The notes beneath the pieces are model-generated. The model saw only the letters and a program-made list of their open reading frames with translations. It was not told where the DNA came from and searched no databases. A stretch of DNA of 64,000 bases. Source: Candidatus Woykebacteria bacterium RBG_13_40_15 (GTDB lineage Bacteria > Patescibacteriota > Microgenomatia > Woykebacterales > RBG-16-39-9b). The stretch is taken from positions 14,428-78,427 of the forward strand of contig MHCP01000025.1 of assembly GCA_001816655.1 (NCBI GenBank), read 5' to 3'. The first letter of the stretch is position 1. Every line of letters begins with the position of its first letter. Below are positions 50,369-59,167 of this stretch, piece after piece. The translations under genes were made by a program, and so were the position numbers.

Positions 50369-50632
50369 TTAGTGCGCTATTGGGCGCTGAATTTCATTTA
50401 AAATGTTGCCGATAAAATCCCCTATGATAGGAATAGAACTTATCTTGCTGAGAATAATTATGACAAGCCCGACTACAATGGTAGCGCCGAGGACTGTGCC
50501 GACTCCCCAAGCAAGCCCGCCTAGAAAATTGTTCAAGATCACCCTTCCAGTTGGAAGATGAACTCTTGAATGTCCCCGTCCTTGTGTTGGGTCTATATAT
50601 TCGTTATGTTTTTCTGGTTGGATTTCAGTCAT
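50369..50632 (-). CDS. DUF5665 family membrane protein
   Basis: NFLGGLAWGVGTVLGATIV and IPIIGDF motifs. Confidence 0.8.
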   Translation of the reverse strand: MTEIQPEKHNEYIDPTQGRGHSRVHLPTGRVILNNFLGGLAWGVGTVLGATIVVGLVIIILSKISSIPIIGDFIGNILNEIQRPIAH

Positions 50633-50702
50633 TATTTTAAGTATGCTTCAAAGAAGCTAAAACGTCAAGAATTGACTAAATTCCATTTTGACTAGGAGTA
50701 AT

Positions 50703-50750
50703 CGACGCAGAAAGCTGTAGCTTTATATTGTTTCTCTAGCGAGATATAAT
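50703..50750 (+). repeat. Dispersed copy of the 15242-15289 palindrome-plus-promoter module
   Basis: CGACGCAGAAAGCTGTAGCTTTATATTGTTTCTCTAGCGAGATATAAT differs from the 15.2 kb copy at 3 positions. Confidence 0.9.
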
Positions 50751-50757
50751 TAATAAA

Positions 50758-51183
50758 GTGAAAAAGAAACTTTTTCTGAAGATGAACTATAGTAAAAAAT
50801 ATGTTTTATTAAGCTTGGTTACGATTGCAGTTGTAATTATTGTAGTAGTTGGGATTTATTTCACAAGGTTATCATCGGGTTATCGTCTATTTCGTATTTC
50901 TGGGGAGACAATCGGTGATTACAAATCCGGTAGTTTAATTATCGCTAAAAAGGTGGTTGATCCCCTATCGTTGAGTAAGGGGGACGCTGTTTTGTACGAA
51001 GTTGAAGTAGGTGGTAAAAAAGTCGAACGATTTGGAATAATCCTAGCTTTACCTTCCGAAAGTAAAATCAATCGGCTAGGCGTTTTCACCTTGGATCAAG
51101 CCTTTCTTATTGGGAGAGATAGTAAAGTAAAAGATCTAGTCGAAAAAGAAAAAATTAACTGGATTGTGATTAAAAAATTCTAA
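50758..51183 (+). CDS. Membrane-anchored hypothetical protein (degenerate S26 signal-peptidase-like fold)
   Basis: N-terminal TM; FRISGETI, KGDAV and GRDS resemble S26 boxes but the catalytic Ser/Lys are not evident. Confidence 0.5.
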   Translation: MKKKLFLKMNYSKKYVLLSLVTIAVVIIVVVGIYFTRLSSGYRLFRISGETIGDYKSGSLIIAKKVVDPLSLSKGDAVLYEVEVGGKKVERFGIILALPSESKINRLGVFTLDQAFLIGRDSKVKDLVEKEKINWIVIKKF

Positions 51184-51251
51184 TGGTAGACGGTGGAAGA
51201 GTTAAACATACGCCTTCGCGATTTAACACGCTTCCCATGTTGCGAAAATTC

Positions 51252-51328
51252 TGGTGGGCTCGAGGGGACTTGAACCTCTGACCTCTTCGATGTCAACGAA
51301 GCGCTCTAACCAACTGAGCTACGAGCCC
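51252..51328 (-). tRNA. tRNA-Val(GAC)
   Basis: Full cloverleaf, anticodon arm CTTCG-TTGACAT-CGAAG, encoded CCA. Confidence 0.97.
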
Positions 51329-51339
51329 ATAATTTTCTA

Positions 51340-51401
51340 CAACGAAGCGCCCTGCCTCGCTCGCCTCGCGAAGCGGGCCGTCAGGCAGGTCTAACCAACT
51401 G
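51340..51401 (-). repeat. Partial duplicate of tRNA-Val interrupted by a 39 bp CCTGCCT...AGGCAGG insert
   Basis: CAACGAAGCGC|insert 51351-51389|TCTAACCAACTG versus uninterrupted CAACGAAGCGCTCTAACCAACTG in the tRNA. Confidence 0.85.
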
Positions 51402-51412
51402 CGTAAGGAAAC

Positions 51413-52024
51413 TTATTTGCCAACTGTTGGAAGAACTTTTTCTTTTTTAACTTCTATAACGTCGTCTATTATACCGTATTTTTTAGCTTCAAGGCTAGTC
51501 ATAAAGAAATCTCTTTCTGTATCTTTTTCTACTTGCGAGATAGCTTGATTTGTTTCTTTTGCCAGAATTTCACTGAGGCGCCTTTTCATTTTTAATATTT
51601 CGTTTGCGTGTATTTTTATATCCGTTGCTTGACCAGAGATTTCGGTCATTGGCTGGTGAATCATTATTTTTGAATTCGGTAGAGCAAAACGCTTACCACT
51701 TTTACCACCAGCAAGAATTACTGCAGCGCCAGATGCCGCCATACCAACACAGACGGTTGAGATATCACTTCTCACAAATTTCATTGTGTCGTAAATTGCC
51801 AGTGTGGAATGGACGTAACCACCCGGTGAATTTATATAGATACTTATATCTCTATCCATCCCTTCATTTTCTAAGTAAAGTAGTTCTGCAATTACGATGT
51901 TGGCAACCTCATCTGTAATTGTGCCGCTAATAAAAATAATCCTCTCTTCAAGTAGTCTGCTGTAAATATCATAGGCCCGCTCACCTTGTGGGTCTTTTTT
52001 AATTACCATTGGTACAAGTTCCAT
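51413..52024 (-). CDS. clpP: ATP-dependent Clp protease proteolytic subunit
   Basis: DIYSRLL, YINSPGG, GMAAS and MIHQP motifs. Confidence 0.97.
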   Translation of the reverse strand: MELVPMVIKKDPQGERAYDIYSRLLEERIIFISGTITDEVANIVIAELLYLENEGMDRDISIYINSPGGYVHSTLAIYDTMKFVRSDISTVCVGMAASGAAVILAGGKSGKRFALPNSKIMIHQPMTEISGQATDIKIHANEILKMKRRLSEILAKETNQAISQVEKDTERDFFMTSLEAKKYGIIDDVIEVKKEKVLPTVGK

Positions 52025-52185
52025 AAGGAGCGGATTATATCCTGCAAGGAAACAATCCGCAAAGCGGATTATATCAAATAAAGACGCTTATTTCTATTAA
52101 ATAAAGTAAAGGGTTTAAGGAGAGGGGCTCCAGCTGGTGCATGGCTGGAGCCTAACAATCCCCTCTAATCTTCCGTTCAAGCCGC

Positions 52186-52409
52186 CTAACTCATAGCTTG
52201 GAGGGTTCTTGTTGTTTCATCGAGACCTCCCTGCCAGCGTAGCCCTCTTTTTGTAGCTGGGTTTTCTCCCAACCACTTGTCTACAAGTCTTCCCCAACCG
52301 TCGCTGCGAAGATTAGCGATAACCCTGTGTAGATGAGTTAGTCGTTCGTTGACTCCGATTCTCCCAATGCCTCGCTCAATATTCGATAGACGTCTTGTTG
52401 GGTAAGCAA
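52186..52409 (-). pseudogene. Possible frameshifted small gene downstream of the tRNA-like modules
   Basis: GAGGAG SD + TTG gives MLTQQDVYRILSEALGESESTND* (stop 52338); an overlapping frame stays open to TAG at 52186; hairpin at ~52126-52152. Confidence 0.3.
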
Positions 52410-52469
52410 TATTGACTCCTCTCCCCTCTTCTGATTTGATATCTTTCCTCTAGGGTCTATGACCAAAGT

Positions 52470-52606
52470 CGGTGGGAATTGTGGGAGTTGAGCCCACTAC
52501 GGTCTGCCTAATTCCCATAAATGGAGGGGCGAGGATTTTTAACCCCGACTAGAGAAAGTCCCCAGTTTGGCCTTCCTTCTTATCCCGGTAGATCGGGACC
52601 CTCCAC
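52470..52606 (-). ncRNA. Two tandem tRNA-like RNA modules
   Basis: Module 1 (52522-52604): GGAGGG/CCCTCC-A closing stem with T-arm-like CGGGG-TTAAAAAT-CCTCG. Module 2 (52470-52516): GGGAATT/AATTCCC-ACC with T-arm GTGGG-CTCAACT-CCCAC. Confidence 0.45.
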
Positions 52607-52607
52607 G

Positions 52608-52780
52608 AAAAAACCCCCTTTCGGGGGTTTCCGTTTTAGTTATGCTTAACTACCTTAAAACGTTCCCCCGTGGTGGAAACCCCCTTTAATAAAGGAGGGG
52701 GTGACCAACATAATTATGAGAGAACAATTAGTTGCCATATATCAGTATTAAATTATAGTTACAGCTAAATTAGCTGTCAA
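52608..52780 (-). promoter_or_regulatory. Consensus promoter plus attenuator-like leader (ORF 52655-52738) and intrinsic terminator
   Basis: TTGACA-17-TATAAT; mutually exclusive pairings 1:2, 2:3, 3:4; terminator AAACCCCC-GAAA-GGGGGGTTTTTT. Confidence 0.65.
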
Positions 52781-52783
52781 GCA

Positions 52784-53677
52784 CTACTTGATCGAAATTG
52801 AACTCGCAACGGCCTCAATTTGAATGTCTACTCTAATAAAAGCTGCATCAAATTTGCTGCTCTTATACTCGTCGTTATTTTTTCTGAAACGGGAATCTAC
52901 AGATATGTTTTTAACTGGTGAAGTTATTTTTATTCGAGCCTCAATTTCTTTTGGAATCTTTATATCTAGGTTTGAAGCCTTTGCTTTAATTTTCGCATTC
53001 GATGAGTAAGATGAGTTGAAAGATATTTTCAAATCCGAAGCCTGAGAGTTAATTTCCAAGTAGTTGACCCTAAGGGACGTTAAATCAAGAGATTCTTTTG
53101 ATGCTCCAGTGGTGATTTGTATTTCGATTGGAATCTGCCTTGTAACTGAAAGCTCGGTTTTGTTCTGTAGGGAAGAAATAAATGGTAAACCAGGAGTGAT
53201 ATTTTGCTTTAGAGTAAAAATTTCCTGCCCAAAAGTATCCTGCTTTACTATTTCCGGTTTATTTACAGCTTTACTATAAACAACTTTTCCTTCAACAAGT
53301 TTCGAGGTGTCGTTGCCGAGCGCATTAATCGTAAGATTTGTCGCTGGCATATCGATAATTATTTTCGCTCTTGTCAAACTTCCAAGAGGCTCAGAGATTT
53401 TAAGAGTGTTGGTAGCAAGTGGGTTTCTGGTAAACGGGTTGAAAGTCAAAAAAATTGGAATCAAAAATATAAGTAATATTACTACAACTAAACTTCTAAA
53501 GGAAATTGATTGCCCTACTATGAATTCGATCCCAATCAAGATAATTATCACTGGCCAGAATTTCCATAGATTTGTCCAAATATCCCAAGATAAAATCCCA
53601 AAATTGTTTAGTAAAAAAATTACCCCCAAACCTATTAAAATTATCGGTCCTGCTTTAAAATTCTTTTTTAATTTCAT
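52784..53677 (-). CDS. DUF5668 / LiaI-LiaF-like membrane protein with beta-repeat extracellular domain
   Basis: LIGLGVIFLLNNFG...WKFWPVIIILIG N-terminal motif. Confidence 0.75.
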   Translation of the reverse strand: MKLKKNFKAGPIILIGLGVIFLLNNFGILSWDIWTNLWKFWPVIIILIGIEFIVGQSISFRSLVVVILLIFLIPIFLTFNPFTRNPLATNTLKISEPLGSLTRAKIIIDMPATNLTINALGNDTSKLVEGKVVYSKAVNKPEIVKQDTFGQEIFTLKQNITPGLPFISSLQNKTELSVTRQIPIEIQITTGASKESLDLTSLRVNYLEINSQASDLKISFNSSYSSNAKIKAKASNLDIKIPKEIEARIKITSPVKNISVDSRFRKNNDEYKSSKFDAAFIRVDIQIEAVASSISIK

Positions 53678-53758
53678 TTCGATAGGTTATTTATAAGAGC
53701 TTAAACAAATTATAACAAGCTTTTCCAAGTAATCTAGTTTCAAAACTCGTTTTTAAAT

Positions 53759-54532
53759 TCAAATAATTATTTCTAAGCTGTCGTAAGCTATGTTGAAATT
53801 CTCCCCGCCAACTTTTTTAATCAGCTTTTCAAGTTTTTTGTGCGGTAGTGTGCGATGCCCAAGATGGATAAAGTAGATAGATTTTGCGTTTAACCTTTTT
53901 CCTAATTCTAATCCTTCCATAATCGTTTCATGCCCCCTCGTTTGTACCTTTAGTTCGGAGCCGTCAATCGCAATTGCATCGGCATGTTCTACTACTTTGG
54001 CTGTATTTTTTGGCAACGACTTAAAATCTGGTGCCCAAAAAAATTTCTTTTTGCCTTCTTTCACTAATATCCCAAACGTCGAATTGGTATGTTCTACAGG
54101 CAAAAAAGTTAAGGTTAGGTTTTCAAAAGTTGTTTCTAAGTTTTCTAGGGCTTTAACTGTTTCAACCTTTACTATTTCGTATTCATTAGGAAAAAACATG
54201 AAGCGAATTTTTGCAAGGGTTTTTGGGTGAATAAATATTTTAGGTTTTAGCCTACCAGTCTCCGTGTAAATATGAGAAAGGTCCCAAAGACCAAAGGTGT
54301 GATCAGAATGTTCGTGAGTTATCGCAGCAGCTCTGATTTTTGTTGGATCTATATCTGTTCTCCTTAGGTGTTCATAGGTGTCCGGACCGGCATCAAGTAA
54401 TAAAATGTCATTTATTAATGCTTGGCTACGGGTTCGAGTATCCCGAGGATCTTTTGACGAACAAATTTCATCAGTACAACCTAAGCGTGGCAGCGGCCAG
54501 CCTGCACTTGTGCCCAAAAATTTAATTTTCAT
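53759..54532 (-). CDS. MBL-fold metallo-hydrolase (PhnP-like)
   Basis: FLGTSAG, DAGPD, THEHSDH and FIHLGH motifs. Confidence 0.88.
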   Translation of the reverse strand: MKIKFLGTSAGWPLPRLGCTDEICSSKDPRDTRTRSQALINDILLLDAGPDTYEHLRRTDIDPTKIRAAAITHEHSDHTFGLWDLSHIYTETGRLKPKIFIHPKTLAKIRFMFFPNEYEIVKVETVKALENLETTFENLTLTFLPVEHTNSTFGILVKEGKKKFFWAPDFKSLPKNTAKVVEHADAIAIDGSELKVQTRGHETIMEGLELGKRLNAKSIYFIHLGHRTLPHKKLEKLIKKVGGENFNIAYDSLEIII

Positions 54533-54585
54533 TTCTCTTGAAAAAATTTGACAAAGGCAGCCTTTTTCTTAATTGCCGAACGAAG

Positions 54586-55380
54586 TCAATTTTTAATATC
54601 TGACGGGTCATGTTTATTGAATTCTCCAAAGATCCTTTTAATATCTTGATTATGTGACCACCCGGCAATTCTTTTCGTTATGATTATTTTGCCGTTGCGG
54701 TAGTTTTCAATAATTTCTCTAGCAATTCTAGTGACAGCGCTTTCCAAATCTTTATCTGGTTTTTTAGAACGTTCGTATATATTTGACAAAAAATAACAAT
54801 TACCCGATTCGATCAAAGGTTTTCCTTTTGGACTGACTTCGCTACCAACCCAAGCCCTAATCCTGTTTTTATTATTAATCAAGGCAAGGAGAGATCTTCT
54901 CATTCCATCTATTACACGGAAGCCCTTGATTGTTTGAACAACAAAAATAGGAAAATGATCTCTTTCTTTGTGATCCGAAAAACCTGTTTTCAAAATCTCT
55001 TCTCTCATTTTCTTGTCATTCTCCCAAGTCTTAGCGAAAAGTAAAGGATTACGATTAAACTTTTTGATTGTGTATTTATCTAGGGTTGGGGACATTCCTG
55101 TTAAGATCAATTTGGAGGGAGAAATTTCTCGAAGCTCCCAACGGTATTTGGTGCTTGATAAATAATAGAAGACGCTTTTGAGTTTCCATCCACCTGATAT
55201 GGCAGCTACTAAATCCAAGAATGATTGTTCGCCTTCTCTATGGAATAGATTTTCTATTGAACTGTCGATTTTTTCCCAGACTTCTTTATCGGTAACATCA
55301 TTAAAGATTTTTCTGAACTCATGCTTTAAATATTGCTGAGCGATAAGTAATGCATTTTTCGATGGAGTAAGCTTAAACAT
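54586..55380 (-). CDS. Hypothetical protein with ParB/Sulfiredoxin-like motif
   Basis: FPIFVV...FRVIDGMRR resembles the ParB/Srx DGxxR motif. Confidence 0.5.
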   Translation of the reverse strand: MFKLTPSKNALLIAQQYLKHEFRKIFNDVTDKEVWEKIDSSIENLFHREGEQSFLDLVAAISGGWKLKSVFYYLSSTKYRWELREISPSKLILTGMSPTLDKYTIKKFNRNPLLFAKTWENDKKMREEILKTGFSDHKERDHFPIFVVQTIKGFRVIDGMRRSLLALINNKNRIRAWVGSEVSPKGKPLIESGNCYFLSNIYERSKKPDKDLESAVTRIAREIIENYRNGKIIITKRIAGWSHNQDIKRIFGEFNKHDPSDIKN

Positions 55381-55415
55381 TTTTAAAATTATCTTTGCTC
55401 TCTAATCATAAGAAA

Positions 55416-55500
55416 TGGTGCCGCGGGGGAGACTTGAACTCCCACGAGTTGCCTCATACGGTCCTGAACCGTACGCGTCTGCCAATTCCGCCACCGCGGC
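55416..55500 (-). tRNA. tRNA-Leu(CAG)
   Basis: Cloverleaf with long variable arm, TACGG-TTCAGGA-CCGTA, CCA end. Confidence 0.97.
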
Positions 55501-55539
55501 ACAAACTGTATTATAGGGAAATATAGGTTTGAAATCAAT

Positions 55540-56322
55540 TTACTGAATCTTTTTGGCTCTTTCGACTACACTTTCTTGTGTTTCAAGTTCTAGGCTGTCA
55601 TCGATCGGTTCTAAAACAACATGTCCGTATTTTCTCTCCAGCGCTCGCTCGATTAAAAGATCTGCAAACTGGGGATTTTTAGGCAGCAGTGGGCCGTGTA
55701 AATAACAGCCAAAGACATTGCCCTGATACGCCCCTTCTGTGCGGTCTTCACCGTTGTTACCAAACCCAACTACAACGTTTCCTAATGGGGCGGCCCTTTT
55801 TCCTAAATATGTTTTTCCACTATGATTTTCAAAACCGACTATTAGTTTTCTGTCCATGTTTAATTTCTCATTTGTCTCAGCCACAATATTTCCTATCATT
55901 CTTTTGTTCCCCGCAATGGTTACGATATCTAAAATACCTATTCCTGGAATATCCATTTCGTTTGCCGGTCTGTAATAGTGGCCGAAAAGTTGGAAACCTC
56001 CACAAATTCCTAGAAAAACAGAGCCTAAACGAGCGGCTTTTCTCAATGGGTCCCTTTTTACTTTTTGGAGATCTTCAGAGATAATTTTTTGTGCTTGGTC
56101 TTGACCGCCGCCAAAAAAATAAAGATCAATATATGCTGGATTTATTTTATCCCCCATATCTAATTCCTTTACAGTGACCTCAATTCCCCGCCATCGGCAA
56201 CGCTGCCAAAGCGTTAATATATTTCCCCGATCCCCATAAGTACTCATGTACTTTGGATAAAGCCAACCAATTATCAATCTTGTTTTTTTACTGCTGATTG
56301 TGGGTTGCTGTTCTTTATTCAC
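55540..56322 (-). CDS. gatD: Lipid II isoglutaminyl synthase, glutaminase subunit
   Basis: YGDRGN, GGGQD, ICGGFQ, GFENHSG and YLHGPLLPKN motifs. Confidence 0.92.
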   Translation of the reverse strand: MNKEQQPTISSKKTRLIIGWLYPKYMSTYGDRGNILTLWQRCRWRGIEVTVKELDMGDKINPAYIDLYFFGGGQDQAQKIISEDLQKVKRDPLRKAARLGSVFLGICGGFQLFGHYYRPANEMDIPGIGILDIVTIAGNKRMIGNIVAETNEKLNMDRKLIVGFENHSGKTYLGKRAAPLGNVVVGFGNNGEDRTEGAYQGNVFGCYLHGPLLPKNPQFADLLIERALERKYGHVVLEPIDDSLELETQESVVERAKKIQ

Positions 56323-56327
56323 TGTTT

Positions 56328-57701
56328 CTAATCCTCCCAGAACTGGCTACTTACTCCCGCCTCTGCTAATATTTTTTTAAGTTTTAGCATCGCGGTGTAT
56401 GTGGGTAGGATATACAAGGTGTCACCTATCTGGGTGCCATCGATAGCTTTCGCTACAGCTGTTTCCAAATTGTCGTCGATGTGAGTCTCCAATTTTTTTG
56501 CTCCAGTATATTTTAATCTTAAAGCCATATCAGAGGCTCTTATTCCACTTATCCAAACCTTTCGGATTTTGCTTACTATAAATTCAAAATCTACATCCCA
56601 AAGCCAGGATACATCTTTTCCGTCAGCTATAAGGTCGTTAATAGCGATCAAAATATTCTTTTTTCCGCTGCCTTCAAAAACTGTTCTTATTACTTCATTG
56701 AATCCAGTTGGATTTTTAACGAGTCCAATAAAAATTTTTTTGCCGTCCAACTCTAAGCGTTCTGTTCTTCCAAAAGCTGGAGTAGAAAGTTCCAGCGCTT
56801 CTTTTATTTTTTCTAACTTTATGCCTAAAACAATTCCAGCCGTAGCAGCTGCAAGACAATTATAAACATTGTAAAGACCAGGAAGTTGGCTTTTTATTTT
56901 TATTTCTCCTTTTGGTGTTGAAATTGTTGCTTCAAAACCTTTTTCTGCAATTAATTTAACGCTGCTAGCATAAATATCTGGTTTTGGTCTAATAAGGCTG
57001 CAATCTGGGCATCTATACTTACCAAGATGAGCCATATAAACCTCATCGAAAGTCAGCTGCTTTCCGCAGGCGATGCAATTCGTAAAGTCTGAAGCGTGTG
57101 GCGGTTTACCTATTGAAAGATTTTTGTCTTCAAGACCAAAATAAATAACAGTTGCTTTACTTCCCTTTCCAAGGTGCGCTACTGAGTGATCATCCGAATT
57201 TAAAATAATTACACTTTTAGGATCTAAGTGGATGAGGGCTTTCTGCCAGATAGACCTTATTTTGTCTACCTCCCCGTAGCGATCTAGCTGATCTCTGAAC
57301 AGATTATTAAAGATAATAATATTTGGGTTTGTTTGCCTAATCGCAGAAGGCAGGGTGGCTTCGTCGGCCTCTAGTAGCGCGATATTAGTATTTCGATTAC
57401 CAAAATTATCAATCAATGCGCCGATTATGCCACGCAGCAGATTAGATCCCGAGCGATTGTGAATAAAGGAAAATCCCCCATACTCTAGGATGTTACCCAA
57501 AAGTCTCGCTGTTGTTGTCTTACCGTTTGTGCCTGTGACGAAAATTAATGATGTGTAATATTTTGCTAATTTCTGTAGCGCAGTAGAATCGATATATTCT
57601 GCTAAAAGCCCAGGCGCCGCAGTCGCGCCGCCACCAAGTAGTCTGATAGTAGTACGCAGAGTTTTAGAAGCTATTACAGCCGTAAATAAACGAGCATCCA
57701 C
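56328..57701 (-). CDS. murT: Lipid II isoglutaminyl synthase, Mur-ligase subunit (DUF1727)
   Basis: TGTNGKTTT, NLFRDQLDRYGE, KNPTG, DVSWLWD and TYTAML motifs. Confidence 0.92.
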   Translation of the reverse strand: MDARLFTAVIASKTLRTTIRLLGGGATAAPGLLAEYIDSTALQKLAKYYTSLIFVTGTNGKTTTARLLGNILEYGGFSFIHNRSGSNLLRGIIGALIDNFGNRNTNIALLEADEATLPSAIRQTNPNIIIFNNLFRDQLDRYGEVDKIRSIWQKALIHLDPKSVIILNSDDHSVAHLGKGSKATVIYFGLEDKNLSIGKPPHASDFTNCIACGKQLTFDEVYMAHLGKYRCPDCSLIRPKPDIYASSVKLIAEKGFEATISTPKGEIKIKSQLPGLYNVYNCLAAATAGIVLGIKLEKIKEALELSTPAFGRTERLELDGKKIFIGLVKNPTGFNEVIRTVFEGSGKKNILIAINDLIADGKDVSWLWDVDFEFIVSKIRKVWISGIRASDMALRLKYTGAKKLETHIDDNLETAVAKAIDGTQIGDTLYILPTYTAMLKLKKILAEAGVSSQFWED

Positions 57702-57726
57702 GCTAGAATTATATCATCTAGCGACT

Positions 57727-58281
57727 TTATTCGTACTGACCAATCACATTCATCCAAGAGTCAACCCTAGTTGCCCATGTGCGAGAGGCTGCATAGTAGG
57801 GACCGATTTTCCAAGGTGTAATTTTTCCAAGGCTCCCCCAGCGCGATTTTATATTGAATGCAACAAACTCGCTAGACTCGCTCCAGTTGCCGAAATAAGC
57901 ATTTCCATTGTTCCAGCCGTATGGATTGTACGAGCCGCCTGGGATCATGCGGCCAAACTGCGACTCAACGCCTGAAATTGCTGGGAGTAGTCTCCAATCT
58001 AGATCGTATCTATCTGCAACCTCAATATAATTACTAGCTTCAGATGCGAGGGAGGAACCTTGTGCTAAGAGAAATTTTTCTAGTCTTTCTTTTCGATTGT
58101 CCTTGCGTGCTTTTATGGTTATAGTAAGCACATTTTGGTTGATTTTTGAAGAAACAGTGGACAAAGACTTTTCATCATAAGCCTTCAAACTATCTTGAGA
58201 TTTTGAAATTGTGGGGCTAACCAATAAAGCTGCAATTGCTATAAAGGTTATGGCAGATACCCGTAATGGTATATTTAACAT
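57727..58281 (-). CDS. Secreted lysozyme-like (cell-wall hydrolase-like) protein
   Basis: Signal peptide; ADRYDLDWRLLPAISGVES...YNPYGW. Confidence 0.7.
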   Translation of the reverse strand: MLNIPLRVSAITFIAIAALLVSPTISKSQDSLKAYDEKSLSTVSSKINQNVLTITIKARKDNRKERLEKFLLAQGSSLASEASNYIEVADRYDLDWRLLPAISGVESQFGRMIPGGSYNPYGWNNGNAYFGNWSESSEFVAFNIKSRWGSLGKITPWKIGPYYAASRTWATRVDSWMNVIGQYE

Positions 58282-58393
58282 GCTGCCCCGATTAGATCGG
58301 GGCTTCGAGAGTCAAAAAAAACTTTCGCCTGATTTTGCGAAAGTGAAGTGTGGATTTTAGCAAAGGATAGTAGGTATGTCAAGTTTTCATGTA

Positions 58394-58990
58394 TTAATAC
58401 TCGTTTGCTGAAATCTCATTCATAGCCGCTTTTACGGCGAAAACCCATCTGGGACTACTTTCCGCTGCTGTATATTTAGAAACAATTGTTTCAGGTTCAG
58501 TAAGGCCCTTGTCGGAATAATTTTTCTTAAAGCTTGCAGCAACAAGATTTATTGCTTCATCCCAGCTACTAAATCCTATTTTCGATCCTGGGTATATAGC
58601 CCAACCAAATGGGTTGTATGTTCCGGCTGGTGCTTTTTTTCCTAAATTTGATTCCTGGAAAGCAATAGCGGGTAGTAATCTCCAGTCCAGACCGTGTTTA
58701 TCTGCAGCTTCAACAAAAGTATTTCCAAGGCCAATCATTGGAGAGCGGTGTTTTGCTAGGAATTTATCAATTAAAGCGGCTCTACTATCTTTAGCATCAA
58801 TTGTTGATAACACTTTACTTGTGTTTTTTGAGGTTTCCTCATACAGATTTCGAGATGAGCCAGCTATAAAAAGGTTAATGTCCTGGCTCTTTACAATACT
58901 AGAAAAAGAAATCAAAACCAAAAAGAAAAAAACAAACAAAATTATCGGCCAAAAAAAGAGAATTAAAAGAAATTTGGTAGTCTTGCCCAT
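58394..58990 (-). CDS. Membrane-anchored lysozyme/glucosaminidase-like protein, paralog of 57727-58281
   Basis: ADKHGLDWRLLPAIAFQES...YNPFGW. Confidence 0.7.
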   Translation of the reverse strand: MGKTTKFLLILFFWPIILFVFFFLVLISFSSIVKSQDINLFIAGSSRNLYEETSKNTSKVLSTIDAKDSRAALIDKFLAKHRSPMIGLGNTFVEAADKHGLDWRLLPAIAFQESNLGKKAPAGTYNPFGWAIYPGSKIGFSSWDEAINLVAASFKKNYSDKGLTEPETIVSKYTAAESSPRWVFAVKAAMNEISANEY

Positions 58991-59060
58991 TTAATTAATC
59001 TATACTATCAATAGAATTTTATTTTTGTCAAAGAGTTTCAAGAAATATAGGATACAAAAA

Positions 59061-59135
59061 TGGAGCGCGAGACGGGATTTGAACCCGTGGCCTTCTCCTT
59101 GGCAAGGAGACGCTCTACCGCTGAGCTACTCGCGC
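59061..59135 (-). tRNA. tRNA-Gly(GCC)
   Basis: Cloverleaf, TCTCC-TTGCCAA-GGAGA, CCA end. Confidence 0.97.
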
Positions 59136-59167
59136 GTGTAAGTTGCAATTATTATAACATAGCGAGG

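Noticed and set aside
51184-51251. Prophage or integrative-element att site downstream of tRNA-Val
   Set aside because: Only weak resemblance to a tRNA 3' end; no matching direct repeat and no integrase in the window.
52470-52606. Canonical tRNA or tmRNA gene
   Set aside because: No proper anticodon arm or TTC T-loop, and no tag reading frame; kept only as tRNA-like modules.
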